A stretch of 64,000 nt of DNA from Polyangium jinanense (GTDB taxonomy: Bacteria > Myxococcota_A > Polyangia > Polyangiales > Polyangiaceae): positions 102,900-166,899 of the forward strand of contig NZ_JAGTJK010000012.1 in assembly GCF_028435265.1 (NCBI RefSeq). Direction: 5' to 3'. The notes beneath the pieces were generated by a model, which did not search any database, was not told the origin of the DNA, and worked only from the letters and a program-made list of their open reading frames with translations. The translations under genes were made by a program, and so were the position numbers. Below are positions 44,601-50,098 of the stretch, in pieces (the first letter of the stretch is position 1; each line of letters begins with the position of its first letter).

Positions 44601-45289
44601 TCTCGAAACCGGAACCAGGCGCCGATGTAGCGGCGGTGGCCGCCAAGGTACCGGATCCGGCTGCCAAGGTAGCGGCTCCGGCCGCCAAGGTAGAGGTGCC
44701 GGCCGCCAAGGTAGAGGCGCCGGCCGCCAAGGTAGAGGCGCCGGCCGCCAAGGTAGAGGCGCCGGCCGCCAAGGTAGAAATTCCGGGCGCCCCGAAAGCG
44801 GCGCCGGCCGCCAAGGTAGAAATTCCGGCCGCCCCGAAGGCGGCGCCGGCCGCCAAGGTAGACATTCCGGCTGCCAAGGTAGACGTTCCGGCTGCCAAGG
44901 CGGTGCCCGGCGTGCCGGAAGGCAAGGCTCCGGCGCCCCCAGGCAAAGCTGCGATGCCGGAAGGCAAACCGCAGGTGCCCGAAGGCGGCATGCCCGGGGT
45001 GCCAAAAACCGGCGAAAAGCCCGCCTTTCCTCCCGCCCCCGCGCCTCAGGCCCCCGCGCCTCCCGCTCCGGCGGACGTGGCCCCCTTCGCGCCCGCGCCG
45101 AAGCCGCCGGCCGCGCCCGCCGTCCCTGCCGGCGCGAAACCCGCGCCCGCCGCGCCCGCCGCCCCCGTGATCCCTGCCGGCGCGAAACCCGCGCCCGCCG
45201 CGCCCGCGCCGCCCGCCACGCCCGCGGCCAAGCCCGTCGTTCCCGCCGCCCCCGGCAGCAAATGGCCTGGCAGCGGCAACAAGCCTTGA
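41612..45289 (+). CDS. Uncharacterised 1225-aa helical-repeat protein with a Pro/Ala/Lys-rich tandem-repeat C-terminus, last gene of the T6SS core operon
   Basis: It starts 53 nt after tssG on the same strand. No signal peptide or TM helix is evident. The first ~870 aa are K/E/D/A/Q-rich amphipathic-helix-like sequence (for example KAEEQILKLNKALYETKNGISSGIDTAIKETEGQLKGITPELKKMGEDAIKTAKDKLDGLVDEVEGKLES). The last ~350 aa contain AVPDAKV, SAPDV(P/S)K and PAAKVE(A/V/I) heptad repeats and then an AP-rich tail. No enzymatic motif was recognised. Confidence 0.75.
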   Translation: MTTAEQSQGATESIPSKLGKFATEQIDKAEVTVTKGVSTVRDSTNQIISKAEEQILKLNKALYETKNGISSGIDTAIKETEGQLKGITPELKKMGEDAIKTAKDKLDGLVDEVEGKLESQKDSLVKTAQDQIRNAADQAKGKIDEIGQLGEDQAKKVLDAVKTQADTVDQKLGDLEGQIDGKIQAIGDDVRGKFEAALAKVPDHDGAKVEMSANVDAVVAELRSATKDSIEQARETLKSLVKQTDDTIMQTIGDVRRAIGEVPARINQCAQDILAKVNDAIQKTIDEISNLAHGLVARTAELLNQALLTITSTVDKLLADGFALVRGIKADLDRLLDKLLEQIRDLTLGTLEDVRKAANELLGTFEAECKKILQTMEESVIGSVEELGGKMNASIKALQADLNLDADKIVRDLVAEGAKGHDDALADFISAGYSEDTSVIPKIRAKGEAAIKQIEAKTKAQGEKLIKDFEMQATLLKPKIQAQGIKVVAQIAALGPKLAMQAVQIATSIASSIKDKGEAVKKTFEELQKTLVDAITKKIPDYLENCKKQIKAAADALVEAGKTFYEKTLADIMGAIKAAEARFKQLASEMKDLIETQVLALVASIRRTVETSIQRFKDLGAAFEEKTNALVNDIPARLIKLEQVARLAVEREITLAKGLANATKDDILLKARTTLSEIKKAAYGVLGGIRGDFGAVQGSLALIVPAGAGLDAAGAINLAVSGGLEGMIASAANAAQAAVTAGVNAAEAVNNAAEQAAAAMSAAGFDGAAKSLTDVLSQQMGEVRTEGEKAKNVIAAAKEKMTAVAKEATDTCTQAAQAAQAAAAEVVAAANSTGDAIKASAENLTKGLEKAKDIVKDAGKAAMQSMKEAQDVRKGGDGAQAGAGAQAKAGGADGAAAGADAGGADGLAVPEGEAAAPEGEAAAAPGGAEAAPDGAAAAPDVKAAAPDAKAAVPDAKVAVPDAKVAVPDAKVAAPDASKSAPDVPKSAPDVSKPELDVSKPEPGADVAAVAAKVPDPAAKVAAPAAKVEVPAAKVEAPAAKVEAPAAKVEAPAAKVEIPGAPKAAPAAKVEIPAAPKAAPAAKVDIPAAKVDVPAAKAVPGVPEGKAPAPPGKAAMPEGKPQVPEGGMPGVPKTGEKPAFPPAPAPQAPAPPAPADVAPFAPAPKPPAAPAVPAGAKPAPAAPAAPVIPAGAKPAPAAPAPPATPAAKPVVPAAPGSKWPGSGNKP
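44420..44900 (+). repeat. In-frame 21-bp tandem repeat blocks inside the 1225-aa gene
   Basis: Block 1 (~44420..44625) has units like gcggttccggatgccaaggtg and ggcgccggatgtcccgaaatc. Block 2 (~44655..44900) has units like ccggccgccaaggtagaggcg. Several adjacent units are identical. Confidence 0.85.
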
Positions 45290-45296
45290 AGAGCGC

Positions 45297-45686
45297 TCAG
45301 GGCACCTGCACCGTGACCTGCCCGGGGAACGAGATCTGAATCACCCCGCCCCACATGCACATCAGCTTCGAGCTGTTGTTCAGCGCGGGCATGTTCGCGA
45401 GCAGCACCGTTGGGGCACCGACGATCCACGGCGCCGGCGTGTTCGGAATGCACGGCATTGGCGTGAGCACGCCCATCGCCGCCGCCGTCGCCGCGGCCAC
45501 CGTCGGGTTCGCCAGGCTCTGACACATCCCGAACGGCAGCACGTTCAGCATGGGCTTGCCGTCCATGATGTTCGCCAGCGGCCCCGCGCTGTTCATCGTC
45601 CGGTTCGCGGGAAGCACCGTGAGCGAGCTCGGCGCCACGCCGAAGCTGCATTGCATCATCGCCCCCATGCATACGTGCTGGCCCAT
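45297..45686 (-). CDS. DUF4280 (PAAR-like) spike-tip protein, stand-alone
   Basis: 129 aa. GAMMQCSFGVAPSSLTVLP...NVLPFGMCQSLANP...PCIPNTPAPWIVGAPTVLLANMPALNNSSKLMCMWGGVIQISFPGQ matches the DUF4280 pattern (C.FG...L.V...FG.C...C.P...W...C..GG.I.I...GQ). It is the last gene of the vgrG operon. Confidence 0.8.
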   Translation of the reverse strand: MGQHVCMGAMMQCSFGVAPSSLTVLPANRTMNSAGPLANIMDGKPMLNVLPFGMCQSLANPTVAAATAAAMGVLTPMPCIPNTPAPWIVGAPTVLLANMPALNNSSKLMCMWGGVIQISFPGQVTVQVP

Positions 45687-45688
45687 CG

Positions 45689-46441
45689 TCAGCCTCCCGC
45701 GAGCTTGTTCACGACCTTGTCGAAGAAGGACTCTTTTTTCTCCTCCTTCGCCTTCGGAATGCCCTTGTCGTCGTACTCGACCTCGCCGCGCTTCTCGCCG
45801 TCCTTGTACGTCGCCTTCGCCTTCAGCTTGCCCTGCACGTCGTAGCTGAACGCGTCGCCTTGCTTCTTGCCGTTGTCATAGATGGCGCGCTCGCGGACCT
45901 CGCCGTTCGGGAAGTACTCGATCACCTCCCCGTGCAGTTTGTCGGCCTTGTAGCTCGCTTTGCGCAGGGTGTTGCCCTTGCCGTCGAGGAACAAGGATTC
46001 CCCTTCGAGCTTGCCGTTCTTGTAGAACGACCGGACGACCTCGTTGCCCTGCTCGTCGAACGACATGAACGGGCCGTTCTGCTTGCCCTTCTCGAAATGC
46101 ATGAGCGTCCGGAGCCGGCCGTCGTCGTAGAGCCGCGTCGGCCCGTGCTGCTCGCCCTTCGCGAACGTGACGATCTGCGAGACCTTGCCGTTCTCGTCTA
46201 CGATCTTCGTCTCGCCGTGGAGCACGCCGTCCTGGAATGACGAACGCTCGACCTCGCGTCCTTCCGGATCGTACGTGATCGACAAACCGTGCAGCTTGCC
46301 GTTCTTGTAATTCGCCCGGTGCGCGATCTGCTTTTCGGTCTCCCCGTACTGGACGAACTCGCCGTGGAGCACGCCGTCTTCCATCTCGAACCGGGAGATC
46401 AGCTTGCCGTTCTCGTCGCGCTCTTCGTGGTCGGTCGGCAT
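45689..46441 (-). CDS. MORN-variant repeat protein (YwqK-family-like)
   Basis: 250 aa with ~9 repeats of the form Y.NGK.HG....Y...G (NYKNGKLHGLSITYDPEG, FQDGVLHGETKIVDENG, FYKNGKLEGESLFLDGKG, YKADKLHGEVIEYFPNG...) and a Lys-rich tail. It lies between vgrG and the DUF4280 gene with 10- and 2-nt spacers. Confidence 0.75.
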   Translation of the reverse strand: MPTDHEERDENGKLISRFEMEDGVLHGEFVQYGETEKQIAHRANYKNGKLHGLSITYDPEGREVERSSFQDGVLHGETKIVDENGKVSQIVTFAKGEQHGPTRLYDDGRLRTLMHFEKGKQNGPFMSFDEQGNEVVRSFYKNGKLEGESLFLDGKGNTLRKASYKADKLHGEVIEYFPNGEVRERAIYDNGKKQGDAFSYDVQGKLKAKATYKDGEKRGEVEYDDKGIPKAKEEKKESFFDKVVNKLAGG

Positions 46442-46451
46442 CGGATCCTCG

Positions 46452-48452
46452 CTAATTGATCTTCACCATGCCGCCCTTCAAGGTCAGCATGCCGCCGCCC
46501 TCCACCGCCGCCTGCGCGCCGCCCTTCGCCTTCAGCGCGATCGCGCCCTCGAGCGTCATGTTCGTCCCGCCCTTGGCCTTGAAATCGGTGCCGGCCTTCA
46601 GGTCCATCGCCGTCCCGGACTCGGCCTTGAAATCCGTGCCCGCCTTCATCGAAAACGCCTGCTTGGCCTTGATCGTGACGCTCTTCGCCTCGATCACGAG
46701 GTCGCCGTCGACCTTGATCGTGTAGTTCTTCGTCACCTTGTAATCGAGGTTCGCCTTGTTCGTGTGCGCCTCGTCCTTGGTGACCGTGAGCGTGCGTTTG
46801 CCCTTCACGCTGTGCGTCTCGTCGCCCTTGTCGACCTTGATCGTGCGGTTGCCCTTGGTGACCGTGAGCGTCTCGTCGCCCTCCTCGATCGTCACCTTCC
46901 GCTCGTTTTTGACGTTCTTCGTGTAATCGTGGAGGACCTTGACCGTCCAGTCGTTCTCCACCTCGAAGAGCATGTCCTTCTGGGCGTGCGCGTAAAACTC
47001 CTCGTTATCCTTCTTGTCGTCGAAGCGCAGTTCGTTCCCCGCCTCGCCCTCCTTCGACGATCGGCTCAGGATCGTGCTCTTCGTCTGCGCGCCCGGCAGC
47101 CCATAAGGCACCGTCTGCTCGGCGTTGTACACCGAGCCCGTCACGAGCGGCCTGTCCGGGTCGCCGTCGATGAAGCTCACGACGACCTCCTGCCCGATGC
47201 GCGGCAAGAACCACGCGCCCCAGCTCTTGCCCGCCCACGCCTGCACGACGCGCACGAAGCACGAGCTCTTGTCGTCCTTCGCGCCCTTGCGATCCCAGTG
47301 GAACTGGACCTTGATGCGCCCGTATTCGTCGGTCCACTGCTCCTCGCCGCTCTTGCCCACGACGACGGCCGTCTGCGTGCCGGGGATCGCGGGCTTCGGC
47401 GTGATGCGCGGCGGGCGGTACGACGTCTTCTTCGGGAACGCCTCGAAGGTATTCGTGTACCCCTCCTGGCTTGCGCGGTGCATGATCGAGGTGAGAACCC
47501 AGTCCGTGTTCGCGTCGTCCCGATCGTGCTCGTCGAGCTTGAACGCGTGCCCCGCCGTGAAGGCGCGGCAGCTCGATGTACCCGACAAACGCACCGCCCG
47601 CGCCTCCTCGGCCTCGATGCGGAGCTTCGCGCGCGTGTCGCCCGGGCTTTTCTCGATGTGCCCGCCCGGGTACTCGAAGAGCTCGAGCTTGGCCGTTTCG
47701 CCCGAGACCTCCGCGAGCAGCGACGTGCTCGGCATCTCGAAGTTGTAATCCGTCGACGCGTACTTTCCCGCGACGATCTCCTCTTCGAGCGTGCACTCGA
47801 GGACGGCGTCCTCGTCCGTCGACGTGGAGAACTGCTCGACGAACCGCGCCTTGTCGAGGTTCGGGCACGGCGCGGCCGACGCGCTGTCGTCCGAGAGCAC
47901 CATCACGTGCTTGCCGTCCTCGTGCTTGAAATAATAATGGATCCCCTCGTCCTCCATGAGCCGCGACACGAAATCGAGCGCGGTCTCCTGGTACTGCACG
48001 CAGTAGGGGCGCGGGGTGTAGGAGCCCTTCAGCGAATCCTTGAAGTGCTCGCCCGACGAGAAGCCGAGCTCCTGGAAGAGCGCCTTCAGGATGTCGGGCA
48101 CGCTCTTCTCCTGGAAGATCCGGCAATCGCTGGTCTTGCCGAGCAGCCATAACCACGGGTGCAGCTCCGCGCGGTAACGCGTCTGCTTGCCGACGCGCCC
48201 CGCCTGGACGAACCGCGTGCAGATCCCGTGGATGAAGCGCGGCTTCTCCTTGGCCATGCCCCGGATCGTCAAGGTCACGCCCTTGCCGACGATCGCCTTG
48301 AAGTCGAGCGCCTTCTCCGGCGACAAAAGCTCGAGCTCGAAGCGGAAGAGCCCCGAGATCCGCTCTTCGCCATGCAGATCGACGAGCAGCACCGCGTCCG
48401 CGCCGAAGGGCGTCGAGATGGCGATGCCGAGGGTGCCCTGCGGATAAGGCAT
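46452..48452 (-). CDS. vgrG: T6SS spike protein VgrG (TssI), no C-terminal effector extension
   Basis: 666 aa. LLVDLHGEERISGLFRFELELLS..., YRAELHPWLWLLGKTSDCRIFQEKSVPDILKALF and RVVQAWAGKSWGAWFLPRIGQEVVVSFIDGDPDRPLVTGSVYN are followed by gp5-like beta-helix repeats (HSVKGKRTLTV.., DYKVTKNYTIKVDGDL..). Confidence 0.92.
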   Translation of the reverse strand: MPYPQGTLGIAISTPFGADAVLLVDLHGEERISGLFRFELELLSPEKALDFKAIVGKGVTLTIRGMAKEKPRFIHGICTRFVQAGRVGKQTRYRAELHPWLWLLGKTSDCRIFQEKSVPDILKALFQELGFSSGEHFKDSLKGSYTPRPYCVQYQETALDFVSRLMEDEGIHYYFKHEDGKHVMVLSDDSASAAPCPNLDKARFVEQFSTSTDEDAVLECTLEEEIVAGKYASTDYNFEMPSTSLLAEVSGETAKLELFEYPGGHIEKSPGDTRAKLRIEAEEARAVRLSGTSSCRAFTAGHAFKLDEHDRDDANTDWVLTSIMHRASQEGYTNTFEAFPKKTSYRPPRITPKPAIPGTQTAVVVGKSGEEQWTDEYGRIKVQFHWDRKGAKDDKSSCFVRVVQAWAGKSWGAWFLPRIGQEVVVSFIDGDPDRPLVTGSVYNAEQTVPYGLPGAQTKSTILSRSSKEGEAGNELRFDDKKDNEEFYAHAQKDMLFEVENDWTVKVLHDYTKNVKNERKVTIEEGDETLTVTKGNRTIKVDKGDETHSVKGKRTLTVTKDEAHTNKANLDYKVTKNYTIKVDGDLVIEAKSVTIKAKQAFSMKAGTDFKAESGTAMDLKAGTDFKAKGGTNMTLEGAIALKAKGGAQAAVEGGGMLTLKGGMVKIN

Positions 48453-48570
48453 GGATCTTCAGACGAGAGCGTACCGGGCTTCTCGGGTTTTCGGCAAGAG
48501 GCTTGATCTCCGGCGCACACTCATCGATGATCGAGCGCGCTGTGGTGTGCTTTCAGGAAGAGACCTGCCG

Positions 48571-49860
48571 ATGACGTTCTTCCGAACGGGCCATGGTCTC
48601 TTCCAGTTCGGGAGGCCGAAGCGCCTCGACAGGCACGGGATCCTCGCCTTTCTGCGCAGCGTCGCGACCGATCGTGGAGGCATGCTGGAGCTTCGGCGCA
48701 TCCTCGCCGACGAGCTGCATCGCACGTCGATCCACAACATGCGCGACGAGCTCGTGATCGAGCAGCTCGCGGACCGTTACCTGCGCGGCTCGCTCACGCT
48801 CGTCCACGTGCGCCCGCTCGACATCGGGATCGAGCTCGAGGGCTTCCTCGTCGAAGGCGCGGACGCCACGCCTTTGACCGGCCCGAAGAACGAGGCCGGC
48901 GACCTGCGCCCCGCGCCCGAGGTCCCACCCGAATATCCGGTCCTCGCGCGTGTCGAGTCCGATCAGATCATCGACTCCACGCTGAAGCTCGTCGCGAAAC
49001 TCGGCGATCTGCTCTTCGGGGCGTTTGGCCTGCAAAAACGTCCCTCGACGCTCGCGAAGGAGCTCGTGCTGCTCGCCGCCGAAGAGGCGAGCGGCGTGAA
49101 GCTCGCGAACACGAAGGTCGATCTCGATCTCGGGTTGCAACTGCATCCGCAGGGCAAGATCCTGCTGCCCGATCCGCAAGTGAAGGACGCGTACGTCGCC
49201 GCGGCGGCCGAGATCGCGGCGGGGCCGCGTCCGGCGGCAAAGGGTCTCATCGATTTGATGTGGCCGCTCACGCGGGTCGACACGAACCGCCGCTTCGACA
49301 ATCCCGTCGGGGCCGGGCCGGTGAAGAGCGATCAAAGCGACGGGAAGAAGGGCCCCGAGGCCGCGCTGGATTGGGTCGAAATCGAGCTCGTCGACGACGG
49401 CGATCCGCCGAAGCCCTACGCCGGCGCGCGGTATCGAATCGAGCTCGAGGGCGGCAAGGTGATCGAGGGGACGCTCGACGACGACGGCAAGGCGCGCGTC
49501 GATGGGATTCCGTCGGGCAGCGGGACCGTCACGTTCCCGGACATCGACGCCGGGTTTTGGGGGACGAACGGCGCAGGCAGCGCAGGCGCCGCCGCGCCGC
49601 CGCCTCCGTCTTCGTCGTCGTCCTCCGCGGTCTCCGCGGACGAGGCGTGGGTCGAGATCGAGCTCGTCGACGACGACGACCCGCCGAAGCCCCGCGCCGG
49701 CGCGCGATATCGTATCGAGCTCGAGGGCGGCAAGGTGGTCGAGGGGACGCTCGACGACCAAGGGAAAGCGCGCGTCGACGGGATTCCGTCGGGCAGCGGG
49801 ACCGTCACGTTCCCGGATATCGATGGCAGCACGTGGGGGCCGGGAGAACGAGGCACATGA
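48571..49860 (+). CDS. Hypothetical protein (~429 aa) with two copies of a ~59-aa beta-rich module; first gene of the putative effector operon divergent from vgrG
   Basis: The ATG at 48571 follows caggaagag and is in frame with track ORF 48451..49860, whose first 40 codons would overlap the vgrG start. No signal peptide. The C-terminal modules read WVEIELVDD(G/D)DPPKP.AGARYRIELEGGKV.EGTLDD.GKARVDGIPSGSGTVTFPDID. Confidence 0.65.
   Translation: MTFFRTGHGLFQFGRPKRLDRHGILAFLRSVATDRGGMLELRRILADELHRTSIHNMRDELVIEQLADRYLRGSLTLVHVRPLDIGIELEGFLVEGADATPLTGPKNEAGDLRPAPEVPPEYPVLARVESDQIIDSTLKLVAKLGDLLFGAFGLQKRPSTLAKELVLLAAEEASGVKLANTKVDLDLGLQLHPQGKILLPDPQVKDAYVAAAAEIAAGPRPAAKGLIDLMWPLTRVDTNRRFDNPVGAGPVKSDQSDGKKGPEAALDWVEIELVDDGDPPKPYAGARYRIELEGGKVIEGTLDDDGKARVDGIPSGSGTVTFPDIDAGFWGTNGAGSAGAAAPPPPSSSSSSAVSADEAWVEIELVDDDDPPKPRAGARYRIELEGGKVVEGTLDDQGKARVDGIPSGSGTVTFPDIDGSTWGPGERGT
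49372..49824 (+). repeat. Internal duplication: two 177-bp units (49372..49548 and 49648..49824) separated by a Ser/Pro/Ala linker
   Basis: The two units align colinearly without gaps, with most positions identical at the nucleotide level by eye. Confidence 0.85.
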
Positions 49861-50072
49861 GCGACGAAGTCCTTTACTCCGATCTCGGGATTCCCGAGTG
49901 GGATCCGGACCGCGAACCTGCGGCGGAGCCCGAGGCCGGCGCGTCCCCCCCGGGGCCGCCCGCGCAGGGCTCCATCGAGGATATGGGCGTGCGCTGCGTG
50001 GCGCGGTCGGCGGACGGGACACGAGCGGTGTGTACGCTCGAAGTGCTGCGGCCGTTTGTCCTGTCCGCTTGA
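49857..50072 (+). CDS. Small hypothetical protein (71 aa), start overlapping the upstream stop (ATGA)
   Basis: MSDEVLYSDLGIPEWDPDREPAAEPEAGASPPGPPAQGSIEDMGVRCVARSADGTRAVCTLEVLRPFVLSA. It is in frame within track ORF 49260..50072. The ATGA overlap suggests translational coupling. No family, signal peptide or TM was recognised. Confidence 0.4.
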   Translation: MSDEVLYSDLGIPEWDPDREPAAEPEAGASPPGPPAQGSIEDMGVRCVARSADGTRAVCTLEVLRPFVLSA

Positions 50073-50098
50073 GCTGACGACGCATCCTGGAGAACGCC

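Noticed and set aside
44433-45005. 190-aa minus-strand ORF with PWRPAPL repeats, and 43303..44991(-) of 562 aa
   Set aside because: They are antisense readings of the 21-bp repeat region of the 1225-aa gene.
45046-45672. 208-aa minus-strand ORF overlapping the DUF4280 gene
   Set aside because: It is in a different frame from the ORF that carries the full DUF4280 motif set, and it has no features of its own.
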